Source: Octopus sinensis
Taxonomy: Eukaryota
NCBI RefSeq assembly: GCF_006345805.1
Contig: NC_043004.1
Location: 66,402,001 to 66,466,000, forward strand
Length of the DNA: 64,000 nucleotides
Direction: 5' to 3'
Shown here: piece after piece, positions 39,316 to 52,974 of the stretch
Layout of the letters: each line of letters begins with the position of its first letter
Position numbering within the stretch: position 1 is the first letter of the stretch
The notes under the pieces: model-generated
What the model saw: only the letters and a program-made list of their open reading frames with translations
Database searches by the model: none
What the model was told of the DNA's origin: nothing
Program-made: the position numbers and the translations under genes

Positions 39316-39479
39316 ACTGCACCTTCACACACAAACATACACACACACACGCACTAATGCACATATATATATGAGAAGTGGATCATTGGTGTTTTAAAGT
39401 CATTATTTGATTAAATTAGGAGTATGTTTACAGCTGTTTCTATTTATTAAAATGGGGTAAATCTGCATTTACCTCGTTA

Positions 39480-39795
39480 CAATTGATAAGGACACACGAA
39501 TGAGTCTACCTGCTAGAGATAAAAGTTAAAATCCTCGTTCAGACAAACGAAAATAACACTGAAAACAATAATAGAAACAACATTTATCGGGCAAAATGGA
39601 TCGAAAAAAGCCTTCGCATACCAAGAAATATATAGCTTTATTCTATAGAGGTAGGTGAAGGAATTTCTTTTCGATTCGTTTCACCTGTGTACTGCTGATT
39701 CTGTTTTTATCTTCAGTGTTATTTTCGGTAATTGGAACGTGGATTTCGATATTTATCTGCAGTAGGTAGACGCATTCGTGTGTCTTTATGATTGA
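39480..39795. mobile_element. Foldback element with ~140-bp imperfect inverted arms
   Basis: gacacacgaatgagtctacc...gaaaataacactgaa pairs with ttcagtgttattttc...ggtagacgcattcgtgtgtc. Loop aagaaatatatagcttta. A partial second copy lies at 40095-40265. Confidence 0.7.
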
Positions 39796-40259
39796 TATAA
39801 TCTTAATTCTATAGCTATATAATGCTATTTTAGTCTTGCAACCACCTACATTAATTTTGCTGTTATTATCAACTATTTATATTGCCTTTGATAATAATAG
39901 CAATATTAATATCTATAGAAATTTTCATTCATGGATATTTGCTCCTAATTGATATTTTTCACACTGAAACTTATGGTTTTGGCACAATTCAGGTCACCAG
40001 CAGGTTTCAACGTAGTGGATTGGGAAAATTTTTCAAGAGGTTAATATGCGCTGATGAAGATAAGAATGTTGTATAAAACCAGAACCCGGTACAAGTGTAT
40101 ACTAATACCAAGAAATATATAGCTTTATGTTATTTATATATGTGTAAGATTTTTTCGATGCGTTTTGACCGAGTACTATTGATTCTTCTAGTATTTTCAG
40201 TGTTATTTTTGGCATTTGAACGACAATTTTAACTCTTTTAACGCATTTCTGTTTCCTTA

Positions 40260-40566
40260 TGACAGTGGTTAGGGCAGCGGATTCGCAGTCGGGGGATCAC
40301 AGTTTCGATTCCCAGACCGAGCGTTGTGTGTGTTTTGTGAGCGAAAACATCTAAAGCTCCACGAGGCTGCGGGCAGGGGGTGGTGGTGAAACCTGTTGTA
40401 CTCTTTCGCCCCAACTTTCTCTCACTGTTTCTTGCTGTTTCGTGAGTAACGTTGCGATGGACTGGCGTCCCGTTCAGCTGGCGGGGAAAACATGCGCCAC
40501 AGAAACCGAGGAACCGGGCCCATGAACTTGGCTAGGCTTCAGAAAGGGGGAATAAATAAATAAATA

Positions 40567-40570
<4 letters not shown>
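40260..40570 (+). mobile_element. tRNA-derived SINE with Meta-domain-like core
   Basis: tRNA-like head (cagtggttagggcagcggattcgcagtc...ttcgattcc), core tgcgatggactggcgtcccgttcag...cacagaaaccg, and (TAAA)n tail. Confidence 0.6.
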
Positions 40571-40599
<29 letters not shown>

Positions 40600-40600
<1 letters not shown>

Positions 40601-40735
40601 AGCGGATGCTTTAAGGGGTGTCGCAAAAGGCCTGGTTGGAGGCCCAACCTCCCAAGTGCTTTTACAAGACTTAGAAAATCCGAAGGACTACTGCAATCAC
40701 TGTATGAATCTGAGCAGGGATCATAAAATCATGTG
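40600..40735. mobile_element. Partial copy of the 24825-25043 mariner-type MITE, inverted
   Basis: Reverse complement cagattcatacagtgattgcagtagtccttcggattttctaag...ggcctccaaccaggcctttt matches 24910-25010. Confidence 0.55.
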
Positions 40736-41498
40736 TAGTAGCACCTCTACTATCGCGGCTAGGACGTTTTAGCCACCCCCGCGATAAGCGAAAATCCGCG
40801 GAGTAGAAAACATACGGTATAGTTTTATGTTAATATTTTTATGATTTGTATATATTTATTTTATCATAAATGCAAAACACCTCCACAAAGTAATTGACAT
40901 AAGCTTAAATAATAAGCAATGATAGGTGAACAGCGATATGCTGAGGAATTTCTGTATTACAGATCCACCTATATTTTCTTTTACCCATATGTGTGGGTGA
41001 ATGTGCGCATGCCGGAGTGTACGACGTTCGGGCTTCCATACAATTTCTGTTTCCCAAATTCCCTTGCAAGGCAATTGAGTACACATAGCGAAGACGATAC
41101 TCAATGGAATCGAACACAAAACCATGTAGTAGCAAAGCGAACTTCTCACCCCACGAAGTCATGACAGCAAATATATAAAATTACACTATAAATAATTTGT
41201 AATCTTGCATGCGTATTTAATTTAAAACTAGCATCAGAAATGTGATATTAAAATGTGATAAGGTAGTATTCGCAATAAATCGCAAGAGAAAGCGTGATAA
41301 GTGATCTAGACGATATATAAAAAATTATAATAATAAAGAATGTGTAAAAAATTTTTTTTAAATGTGTCAACATGATCTATTTTCGGAGAAGCATTTGTCA
41401 CGATTTATATTTCCAAAAGAATGATTTCCAGGAATGAAAGCAGGCATTTGTCAGAAAAGTGGCAGACATTCATACATACATGCACAGTCATGTATGTA

Positions 41499-41543
<45 letters not shown>

Positions 41544-41561
41544 CATGAATATATATATATG

Positions 41562-41608
<47 letters not shown>

Positions 41609-41621
41609 TATATATTATATA

Positions 41622-41653
<32 letters not shown>

Positions 41654-41661
41654 CATTATAC

Positions 41662-41706
<45 letters not shown>

Positions 41707-41789
41707 TACATTATATACATACACACATGCACACACGTGTGTGTGTTTAATTTAAACATAAGAAAGTGACTCACTAATGGAAATTTAGT

Positions 41790-41829
41790 GCTGCTGCAGC
41801 AATTTCTGCCGATACATCAACTACTACTG

Positions 41830-41876
<47 letters not shown>

Positions 41877-42005
41877 GCCACTAATAATAATAATAATAAT
41901 ATTACTATGGCTACTGCTGCTTCTACAAGCATCACTACCACGGCAAATACTGCTTCTACTGGTAATACTTTTATCAACAACAATAATCCTCATAACAATA
42001 TACCA
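41790..42005. repeat. Compound (CTA)/(TAA)/(CTG) triplet array at a SINE 3' end
   Basis: Direct reading. Confidence 0.85.
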
Positions 42006-42009
42006 TTCA

Positions 42010-42210
42010 ATGATTGGCACAGTTCTGAAATTTTGGGGGAGGGGGGTAGTCGATTACATCAATCCCATTCCTCATCCGGTATCATATTGTCACGACCTTA
42101 GAAAGGATAAAAGCAAAAGTTGAACTCGGCGAAATTTCCGCTGAGAACTTAAAGAGCCGGACGAAATACTGAAAAATGTTTCTTCTCACATGGTAACGAT
42201 TTTACCAGCC
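42010..42210 (-). mobile_element. SINE with (ATT)-type tail
   Basis: gtcgattacatc...gaaaggataaaagcaaaagttgaactcggcgaaattt is the reverse complement of the 51612 family core. Confidence 0.65.
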
Positions 42211-42239
42211 CACAGAACATTATCAACAACAATATCATT

Positions 42240-42345
42240 TACGAGGGTGAATCAAAAACTATTGCCGTTTTGTTTAGGACAGGTATAATTACCAACACAG
42301 GAACGTGTATCATACATCAAAATGAAGCTGTTCCTCTGTGAGGGG
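42240..42345 (+). mobile_element. Mariner-type left TIR fragment
   Basis: TACGAGGGTGAATCAAAAA start, typical of mariner TIRs. No partner TIR found. Confidence 0.45.
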
Positions 42346-42377
42346 GACAGTCTATTAGATCGACACTAGTGGGCAAA

Positions 42378-42514
42378 TGGTACTTAATTTATCGAACCCG
42401 AAATGATGAAAGACAAAGTCGACCTTAGCGGAATTTGAACTCAGAACGTAAAGACAGGCAAAATAATGCTAAGCATGTTGCCCGGCGTGCCGATGTTTCT
42501 GCCAGCTCGCCGCT
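42378..42514 (-). mobile_element. SINE 5' half
   Basis: Reverse complement of ggcggcgagctggcagaaac...ctgagttcaaattccgc...tgcc; matches 51612. Confidence 0.75.
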
Positions 42515-44654
42515 TTGTTGCTAGAAAATATTAGTATCTAGCTATGTAAATAAAGACAAATTTACCATAGGTCGATAAGTAATTAGCTGTATATAATTCA
42601 ATTTACCAGAATGAAATATTAGGGCGGAATATATATATATAGTGAACATATATAACTGTAGAGAATAGAGTTACACAGGAACAACCAGAAACAAAAAAAG
42701 GTTGTTATTATTTAGGAAATTCTACTTAACACCTATTCGAAATGTTAAGTGCATTTAATCCTAGAACTGCAGAAAAGATATCTCTCTTAGCCCGTGGCTG
42801 CTCGTTAAATTTTGAAGAGTTTCAGTGGAAGTGTTTGTTTAAATATTTTATAAATTGCGTATTATTCTTGTTAAATACCGAAATTCATTAAGCATCCTTT
42901 CGATAAAATTGTTTACAAATTGCATGACATTCACAGAATTTATATGCATATGTTTTCTTTATCTGTGGATATGAATGAGCAATAACTTCTTGTAATTTTA
43001 AATAAGTAAACACTTAATATTTCATTATATCCTGGAGCTAAATGTAATATTTTCCGCTTATTACAAACATATAAGTATGAAACCCCTAAAAATATTACTC
43101 TAGATCTGAGACGATACTCATTTACATAGCCAGATATACTAGACTAGATCGAGGAATGGGTCATTCACAGAAATGTTCCACACTATGGCCAACATGTACT
43201 CTCAGTGTCTACACAGTTTGGTTTTTCTATCATTTCTGCAATTCTATAATCACATGTGATTTCCACGCTGATGCATTTGATCCACTCATATTACCATTTT
43301 TCTTTTCCCATATAATATCCAAGCACCAGACCCCACTGTAATATAGTACGTAATTTCTTCTCTGAATGTTTAAACCTCAAATTAATTCCCCGTTCATGTT
43401 TAATCTGCGGGTGTTAAGTTTCAATATTTCACGAAGCACGTAGACACAAGTGACAACGGTCAGAAACGTCCTGCGGAAGTCATAGCGATAGACTCCTCCT
43501 GAAGGCTTAAAGATTAAAGCAAATAATAATAAATAAAATAAATAGCAACGTTTCGTAATTTGTAGATAGCAGAGCATTTAAAAACCAAAAGTGACCTTAG
43601 CCATGTTTGAAATTTGGAAGGAAAGAACCTGGTTAAATAACACTAACATTTTAACAATGCTCTAAATATTGTACTCGTCCAGTGTGTTAATGGTTACTAA
43701 TTTAGGCCCATGACCAACATTCAATCTAACATAGTAAAACGCTGGATTACCATGTTTGTATTAACAGATAATACGATTGCTGCATTTGTTTCTTTTTAGC
43801 AACATCAGTTCTGTGAGAGCAGTCCGGTGATCAAAGGAAATCCAGCTTTGAGTATTCGGTTTAATATTTGCAATTCATTACAGAAAACAGCAATATATTG
43901 CAGACAAATCCTATTTCTTATGGCCGTTAGATGTGTCTAATGTCATTATTTTTCTTTCGTAACATTTTTTTCGTTGAATTCGTTGCAGTAAATTAACTCT
44001 GCTGGGGTATATTTCTTAGAATTCACAGAAGTTTATAGCTTAGATCGTATAACATAACGTTAGCTGATAATACTAATAAATCTGTGAGCCAATAATGTAG
44101 CGTAAACTATACTTTGAACCAGCTGAAACAGACGAAATGAATATCTTTGAAGAAAAACTTTCAATTAAGTCTTTAAAACAGAATGGATGTATTGTATATT
44201 GTCGTCTCAGATACATTATGCAGATAGACGCCCTGCTTCAGACAAACAATTACTATATTTTGACTGGAAATGGAACCTGTCATTAACCACGGATCATAGT
44301 TTATTTGACTAGAGATCATTGGTTGACCTAAAGAAATATTATAGGTTTAGAGGAACGATGAACATAGTTCTGTTTGATAAGAGTTGAAATTTATGTTTGA
44401 ACGGGATACCTGGTTCTGTTTAGCTGGAGATCATATTTGAGGTTAACAATAGATCGAGGTTATTCTGACGAAATACTATAATTGGGTTTGAACAAATGTC
44501 ATAGTTTTGTTTCATTATAGGTTTTAGGTATGTTTGACAGGAGATGATAGATGTGTTTGACCTAATACTATTGTTGTGTTTAAACGGAAATGTAGAATGT
44601 GTTTGACAAGAGAACATATGCTTGATTAACCAAATATTTTAAGTGTTATTATTA

Positions 44655-45070
44655 TTGGTGGCATCCTTTTGTCTCGGGAGACATGGAAGTTGCGCATAAA
44701 CTAACCCAGTCTGGTTTTAACATATCATGTCCTCTCCAGTTTCTTCTTCAGTTTTGCACAGACCTGGGCTTGATGTAAGAAAATCCTGTGTAGCCCAATC
44801 GTCCGGATTCCTCTCTCGACATTGCTGACGTAGTTCCAAAGAGTGCAGAGCAATACGTTTGGCACCAGATTGGTTGCCGGAGCTACCGGAATAGTGTCGA
44901 GTCAAACACTAAATCGCCTACGGGGCTCCACTCCAGATTTCTTTGAAGGTTGTCTCCTTTCCGTAACCCTGGATAGGGGCCCATACCGGGTACTGTCAGC
45001 CGGAGCCAGCTGAGTCTGGAGCTGGTGTCAGGCAGGGTCGTCACTCCCTGAAGTAGGGAAGAAAATCGCT
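44655..45070 (+). mobile_element. Possible RTE/BovB-related non-coding segment
   Basis: GC-richer block starting tggcatccttttgtctcgggagac and containing ctacggggctccactccagattt. Resemblance recalled from RTE elements, not verified. Confidence 0.35.
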
Positions 45071-45388
45071 ACCCACTATATAAATTTTAAGTGTACTAGA
45101 CACAGAATTAGCTTTTCGTGACCAGAGAAATAACCTAATAGATACAAGAACCTTATAGCGTTGATTTATGATAAATCATAAGTTTATTAGCCAAGAAACC
45201 ATTGACTAGTCACACAGATCTATTTGAAATGTTTGTGTAGGTCTGTGAAAGCTTAGAACGTAATCGACAAAACAGAAATGTCATTGTAGAGATAGAGCTG
45301 TCTTATTTGATCCAGTTATCAGTAAATAATATAGCAACGAAATACTGTGGCGAATATCTATTCTCCCACCATCTATCAGTTTGTCTAA

Positions 45389-45460
<72 letters not shown>

Positions 45461-45544
45461 ATCTTTCTCTCTCTCTCTTTGTTTCCTTTGCCCCCTCTCT
45501 TTTCTCTCTCCTCTGTCACGTGACCGCTGGTCAAAATCAGCCTT

Positions 45545-45950
45545 TTGGCCTGCTGTGAGAACATCTGTTGTCTTCGTCTGCCGATAAAGGCATTTTTTCA
45601 AAATACGCCAGCTAAACTTGTTATACTGTTTATTATTTGTAAGACACCCGTTGTTTTTGTCCTGTTTTTACCATTATTGTTTTTTGTATTTTATATTCGT
45701 GCGGCATCGTCCGTTTTTCTGTCCTTGTTTCGTATACATTCGATCCTTCTTTCAAGAAATCTAATGCTCGTAGCTTAGTTTTTCCTTGGGGCTGGCCGGA
45801 TCGGAGCGATCTCAAGATTAATCAGCCGAAATTGCTAGGATGATCCGGTTCTTGACTGAAGATTGAAGGCTTCGAATGTCCCGTTCGTGTTTTTTGTATC
45901 GTCTTCTAAATGTTTTACGTTCTTTTCCAAGTTTGTATTTTTTTACATAA
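45545..45950 (+). mobile_element. ~400-bp unclassified repeat, copy 1 (second copy 60490-60800, minus strand)
   Basis: Shared aagacacc.gttgtt.tgtcctg, gtccttgttt(t)cgtatacat, ttggggctggcc..attggagc and gactga.ga. Confidence 0.7.
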
Positions 45951-45970
45951 AATAATATATATATATATAA

Positions 45971-46019
<49 letters not shown>

Positions 46020-46227
46020 AATTTGATTGTGACCATGATGGAGCATCGCCTTTGGTCGAGCAAATCGAGCCCAGGACTTATTATTTGGAAGCCTAGTTCT
46101 CTTTTGCCGAACCGCTAAATTACGGGGACGTAAACTCACCAGCATTGGTTGACAAGCGATGTTGGGGGCAAAACACATACACGCAAAAACACACACACAT
46201 ACACACATACATATATATACACATACT

Positions 46228-46271
<44 letters not shown>

Positions 46272-46330
46272 TACGTATATGTATGTATGTAGCTTTGGAA
46301 AACAAATATATATATTCCCGTTTCTGTCAC
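46020..46330 (-). mobile_element. SINE (6455 family) with internal microsatellite
   Basis: gagcaaatcgagcccaggactt...gccgaaccgcta..ttacggggacgtaaac..accagcattggttgacaagcgat. Confidence 0.75.
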
Positions 46331-47046
46331 GCTAATTCATTCACTGTCGATTTTTAAAGACGTAAACTGCAAAAATTAACACCGAACATTAAACTAATTA
46401 ATTAAGAATCAAATTTTAGTTTTAACAATGCTGAATTACAGTGAAACCCCTATAAAAATGACAATACTTATAATTTACGTAATACCTTCAACGCATAGCC
46501 CGTAGTATCTTTTGAATAGCTTATTTACAATTAGTATTCGGCAATTTATTTCTATATTTAAACATGAACGGAGTTTCTGTGACACAATATTACATCAAAG
46601 GCACACTATTATAGCAGCTATGTAGTTTGTACTCTCAATATCAACGTTTAAGTTCGAAATATATGACCACAAGTCGAAGCTTTAAATTAGAGTTGGTTTA
46701 TATAACTAGATCAGATTGCAGTGAGATGAAGAAGTTTATAACAAATTCAACTGGGAGATTGAAGCATGTTACAATTGGTTGGAAGCCAAGTTTCTCTGAT
46801 TAGGAACACTCTTTCTAAATTTATATTGACAGGTTTACATTCATAAGATGACAGACACAGGAACAAATAGAAAAATATATATACAGACATATATACAAAG
46901 AGCACTGAGAAATATATATATAGACACATAGGCGTACATATGAATAAAGATATACATATAAGAGTACATACATAACATACATAATATATAAATGTGTTTG
47001 TATGAGTGTAAGGATATGTATGTGTATATGCATATACACATATGTG

Positions 47047-47086
<40 letters not shown>

Positions 47087-47132
47087 CATATATATATATA
47101 CATACATATATATGTATGTATTTATGTATATC

Positions 47133-47178
<46 letters not shown>

Positions 47179-47209
47179 ACACACACATATCTATGTGTAT
47201 GCATATATG

Positions 47210-47243
<34 letters not shown>

Positions 47244-48733
47244 ATGTGTGTGTGTGTGTGTATATATGTGTATATATATATATATATATCTTTATATATA
47301 TAGAGAGAGAGACATACATACATATATATGTATATATATATATATATGTATGTATGTAATAATACGTGCAAGAGGATCCAAAATTCCTGTTATTAGCGCT
47401 CTATTTGATCAAACATCAAGAAAAATGTGTAGCGTCCGAATAGCCAAGCAGTTAATATCAGTATATTTTCTATCAGACAGAAAATGTTGACCATGGTGCC
47501 CAATATATAGCAGCCATCTTTTGATAAATGCTAAAACGGTGTCTGTCAAGAATGTTCTTGGTTCGAAATTTAATATGTTTTTCGATTTTTCATATTATTT
47601 GCACAATGACTCAAGCTGTAATTCTAAAATCTTATCATGAACATATTTTGCAGAATTATTGTTAGCGGAGGTGAGAGGATTCAGACGACATCATGTAGAC
47701 GACCATAATATTGGTCTGTATTTTCCCGCCAAAGGCTTAGAAATTTTGCATCGTCATAATATTTTCGATGAGCGTTATTTTCTCATACAACGATGTTCGA
47801 AATTGTTTTCGGTATTTTCATGTGGAGTACGAAAATATTTTTCTGGGTATAATAGTAGTTACTCTGTTATAGTGGTCACAAAAATACTGAACAAGGAGAT
47901 ATCTAAACTACAAATTTTAATAGTTTTTCTGTGATTTTCAGTCTTTTTTTATCTTCACATTCGACAATTATACTTACAGCAATGCCTCTGCCTTGAGAGG
48001 GAGCTTCGTTTCTACATAAAATATTACTAAGATGGTCTTATCTTTACATACGTTTATAATGTCAAGAACATTTGAAAATTCTTGGAGATTTATCACCATC
48101 AGGATTGTAAATTATTCATATGTAGAAACTGTTCATGCGACAAGATAAATACATCTTTGCATAAAGCCCTTGAAAACGAGACAGATTTTAATCTGTGAAT
48201 ATTTTCATAAAATGTTGGCATTCTTTTGAAAATGAAATCTAACACATAACTACCATGCAGTGACACTGCTTAGCGTTACAGGTGTAAACAAGTATTCCAC
48301 TGAGTCTTCAAGCCAACGCTAGACTAACTGCGAGGATTTAAATTACTTTCTAGTTTCCATAAAGATTGAAAACGAACGATTAATTCTTCACACTGTTCTA
48401 TGTGGACCTTTGTATGTTGATAACGAATTTCTTTTCTAAAATATATAAAACGCATACAAATGAATGAATACATAACTGTATATGTATAGTCGTTGCTCTC
48501 AACATGGTGCAATGTGAGAAATTATTCATGCAATTTCAATGTATATGGAAACAAGAATCTTATTGAAACCATCCTAGTCTTTATAGCTTAGGTCAACTGG
48601 TTCATTGGGATACTTGTTTATATCTGTAGCGGTTCTGTGTTAGTATTCGTTTTCAAAAGGACATCCATGAGTATGTTAGACACATACACATACATATATG
48701 TATGCATATGCATATATTCATATGCACATAGAT

Positions 48734-48774
<41 letters not shown>

Positions 48775-48970
48775 CATACATATATATATATGCGTGTCTG
48801 TTTAATACATTTATATAGTGTATATATATATATATATACAATACATATACATTCATACATTCGTATAAACATATGTAATTTGCACGTGTATACATGGGAT
48901 ATACATATGTGTACTTACGTATTCAAGTATGCATGTATATCAAAATACATTAGTTTGCATCCATCTCGTT

Positions 48971-49048
48971 CACATGTATGTGTATATGATACACATGTAT
49001 GTGTATATGATACACATGTATGTGTATATGATACACATGTATGTGTAT
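48971..49048. repeat. 21-bp minisatellite, about 3.7 copies
   Basis: Unit cacatgtatgtgtatatgata starts at 48971, 48992, 49013 and 49034 (partial). Confidence 0.9.
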
Positions 49049-51611
49049 CTAAGCATGCGAACTTATCAACTGTTATAGCGAAGTAAAATCAATTAAATAT
49101 ACAATCCATAGTTTCATTTGATTTCTGTATTTTCTTATTGTTTTATCAAATGATGTCGTTAATTTTGTGATCGTGCTAGTTGTATAGCATTGCTAGTGTT
49201 GGTATTTGTGTATTCTGTTACTCTTACAGTCTGTATCAAACACTTCTCCAGTCATCTTAATGTTTCATGTCTATGATTACAATATTACGTTAAATTTCTA
49301 TTATACGAATATACACTGAATGATTTGCTTTCGTTGAAACACAAAACGCATCCAGGGAAACATATAGAAACACACGTACAGTAATACAATGGTTTCGTAA
49401 CTATGAAGAGGACACTGCGCCAGACACGTAGCTTGCACAATATTTTACTTTAATTTATTGTATTCCTATCACGTTTCTAACATTCTGTTGATACAGGTGA
49501 AGTATTAATCTCTAAGAGGACATCAGGGTATATACAAACAAAAAGTATAACGATTGCTTAGACGCGACCAATTATATGAAGATTGATGAGAAATGCTATG
49601 GTTTACAATGGTGGTATCGGCTTGTCTTATTCAGTGCGATTTGAGATTTCCATTTCAATTAATCAAAATAAGAAACTTCTCTGAAATATTGACAATTGTC
49701 TACTCTTGGCAATGACGCTCTTTTTATGAAAGGTATTTTCTTTCACAAATCACTCATTATTACTATACATGTTTAATTCATTAGCGTCTCGTCTTTTTTG
49801 TAATTATTTTGACTTTTGTTTCTAATGGCTGCGACAAATTTGTTGTATATCTACATTATATATCAGTAATCTTTCTCAGTGGCAGTAACTTTTGAAAGCC
49901 AAAGTAGATATATCAATATACCTGCTTAGTTTCCAGAAGGCTATTATTTGCAGTAACCTATACAAATTTGTATAGTAACCCAGTAGCAATCTGGACGTCG
50001 ATAGGGCTGCCACATGATCTTAGATTATTCTCTTGCGGTCATTATGATTTATATTTATTTTTATTTGTAGCAAATATGATTGTCAGTCAACTACCTGTAG
50101 ATCTACTATGTATTTAATGAAAGACATATAGGATGCGTGGTTACATGTTTTCTTATAGAAAACAGACTGTAACTTCCAAGGCAGCCCTTTTCAAGCGGAC
50201 CTCACAGCGGAGTGCCAGACCCAGTAGAGTTCGTCAGTGGCCGCTATTGTTTGTGATAGCCCTCTCACATATGCCTTCATTATTAAGGACAGCTGTTACA
50301 ATTATGACGATTGCGCAAAATTATCACAAGCAGAAAAAATCCTCTCGATAATCTACACAAAAATCTAGACGTCATTTATGCTAAAGAAACGTACTTGCAC
50401 TGTAATGCAAGAAAATTTCATGCACTCTGCTATCATCCATTTCTGCTAATACATCTCATCAAATATACTTTGGAATAAAATGTGTGGCAACCCCGGAGTC
50501 AGACATAGCACGTGATTTGTGGATTGATATAGCAACGAGCCATTGTTTTATGTACATAAAACCATGATGCTGAGACTTTGCCAGAAAAGTCCCGATGAAA
50601 TCCGAGAACGAATAGTACAAATAAACGATGCTGCTCAAATGAAAGGCATTTTTCATCAGGCGTCTTTACTGCTTTGAAAGACGGTTATCATACCGTGTCA
50701 ACATAAAAGCAGAGTTACACTCTGGATAGAAGACAGGAGGGATATGAAGTGATATACAAAGTGATAATCGTAGAAAGGCTGGCACCAAATTTTGTCATAT
50801 GGGACTATAATAACAGAAACCCAAAAACATTACTCTATGCTCTTCCAAAATTCCAAACTTCCCTCGCCATTGTACGGATTATTCAATGTGATAACTTGTG
50901 ATTCAATGGCTCACAACTATTTAATATCTTGCCAAAAATTACATGAATTTACATGAAGTGGGTTGATGTTTATATCAAGCCCCTTGACCTTCTGATCTTC
51001 AGGATCCCAGATAAACATAGATGACGGTAAGGATCTTAAACGAACGCAACATGCCTGCATAAAGCGAATAAAAGAATCTTGTTAGGCTTCTGTCTTTCTG
51101 TCTGTCTGTATATCTATCTACCTATCTACCTATCTATCTGTCTATCTATCTTATGTATACATGTACGGATATAGACACATATACTTTTATACTTATATAA
51201 AAGACACACAGACACACAGACACACAGACACACACGGAGACACACCGACGCACACACACACACAAATGTTTGTATTTATGCATTGCATATATCTTAAGCT
51301 CTCCGTATATATAAGACAATTTCCTGAGCAAATTTCTTTTAAGTATATATTTTTACGTGTAACTTATTACAAAACAATCGATATTACACTCGCATGAACG
51401 GGCAATTTTGATTACTTTCATTTGCTTGATATATCTATAATCCAGGAATAAAGAAAATTCCATTCCACACTTCCATAAAATGGAAATCTCCACTCCAAAG
51501 CGAATGGAATGAGGCAACACCCATAATAGGTCTATTTTAATTATTGCAAAACTGATGAATCCAGTGGCCATATACGTGTTCTTCACCCCGTCAATATATA
51601 AAATCCATCAA

Positions 51612-51838
51612 GGCGGCGAGCTGCCAGAAACGTTAGCGCGCAGGGAGAAATGCTTAGCGGTATTTCATCTGTCTTTACGTTCTGAGTTCAAATTCCGCCG
51701 AGGTCGAATTTGCCTTTCATCCTTTCGGGCTCGATGAATAAAGTACCAGTTTAGCACTGGGGCCGATGTAATCGACTTAATCCCTTTGTCTGTCTTTGTT
51801 TGTCCCCTCTATGTTTAGCCCCTTGTGGGCAGTAAATA
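51612..51838 (+). mobile_element. Full-length SINE
   Basis: ggcggcgagctgccagaaacgttagcgcgc...ttctgagttcaaattccgccgaggtcga...gtttagccccttgtgggcagtaaa. At least 8 related copies in the window. Confidence 0.82.
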
Positions 51839-52564
51839 AATATATATATTAAATTCATCAACTAATAGCCAATAAATTTCATCTGTCAGGAATTACATTT
51901 TCGTGTATTTTATTTCACATTGCAGAAAATATATTCGTAAGGTGGATATATCGTGGGAGTTAATCCATAACGAAAAGGCTTCAAAGTAAATTTCTTCACT
52001 ACATAACAATCCTTAAAAATTCCGTGTCGAGATATTCAGGAACATTACACAGCAATATACTGGCTAGGTCACAGGAAGCAGCAAACCTGTCATCGTTTAT
52101 CAGATACTTTTCATATACAGCCAACTTCAACCTTCTTGACAGGAACGTACAATCAATAAATTACAAAGCGAGGAGGCTTACATAAGCGAACCAGTGCAGG
52201 GAAAATTACATACACTAAATTACATACACTTAAAACGAATATATAAAGGAACACTTTCAGATATGGTAATAAAAGAAATATTTTGGAAAACAATAATTTT
52301 ATTTGATGGGATATTGTATTTGGCCATTCACCTTTAAACAGAAAGTGAACAGAGGCTTACTAATGAAAACTTAAAACTAATATTTATACATGGCACGTTT
52401 CCTTACTGCGAGAAGAAAATGCAATTCTAATGAGAATTAGCTGAAAGCCATAGCATTGAATATATTAGCTTGCGACTCTAACGAAATACTCTACTTTATC
52501 GACTTTTCTAAGAAGACGAATAACACCCATGCCATAAACAATAGCAGCAGCAACAGTAGTAGTT

Positions 52565-52624
52565 GTGCTATTATTATTATTATCATCATTATTATCATTA
52601 TTATTATTATTATATTATTATTAT

Positions 52625-52682
<58 letters not shown>

Positions 52683-52849
52683 TGTAGTAGTAGTAGTAGT
52701 GGTAGTAGTAGCAGTTTTCTAATTGTTAAAGGATACATGATAATAGTAATAATAATAATAATAATATAATAATAATAATAATAATAATAATATAATAATA
52801 ATAGTAATAAGAAGAAAAAGAAGAAGACGAAGAAGAAGACGAAGAAGAA

Positions 52850-52892
<43 letters not shown>

Positions 52893-52930
52893 GAGAAGAA
52901 GAAGAAGAAGAAGAAGAAGAAAAGAAGAAG

Positions 52931-52969
<39 letters not shown>

Positions 52970-52972
52970 AAT
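52565..52972. repeat. Compound triplet array (TAT)(TAG)(TAA)(GAA)(CAA)
   Basis: Direct reading. Confidence 0.95.
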
Positions 52973-52974
52973 GT

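Noticed and set aside
40260-40320. tRNA-like sequence
   Set aside because: No complete cloverleaf or acceptor stem; it continues into a SINE body.
40738-40812. Short inverted motifs (ctactatcgcgg / ccgcggagtag), possibly Tigger/pogo-like ends
   Set aside because: Too short and imperfect to define an element.
44280-44620. NPIIVFRQNNLDLLLTS-like text on the minus strand and repeated tgtttgac words; possible Penelope remnant or forkhead-site cluster
   Set aside because: Too degenerate to support either reading without a database search.
48971-49048. Regular 21-bp repeats, considered as a CRISPR-like array
   Set aside because: There are no spacers; it is a plain minisatellite derived from microsatellite sequence.
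50159-50227. Possible terminal exon after ttttcttatag (KTDCNFQGSPFQADLTAECQTQ*)
   Set aside because: Only an acceptor-like site and slightly higher GC. No recognisable homology or partner exons.
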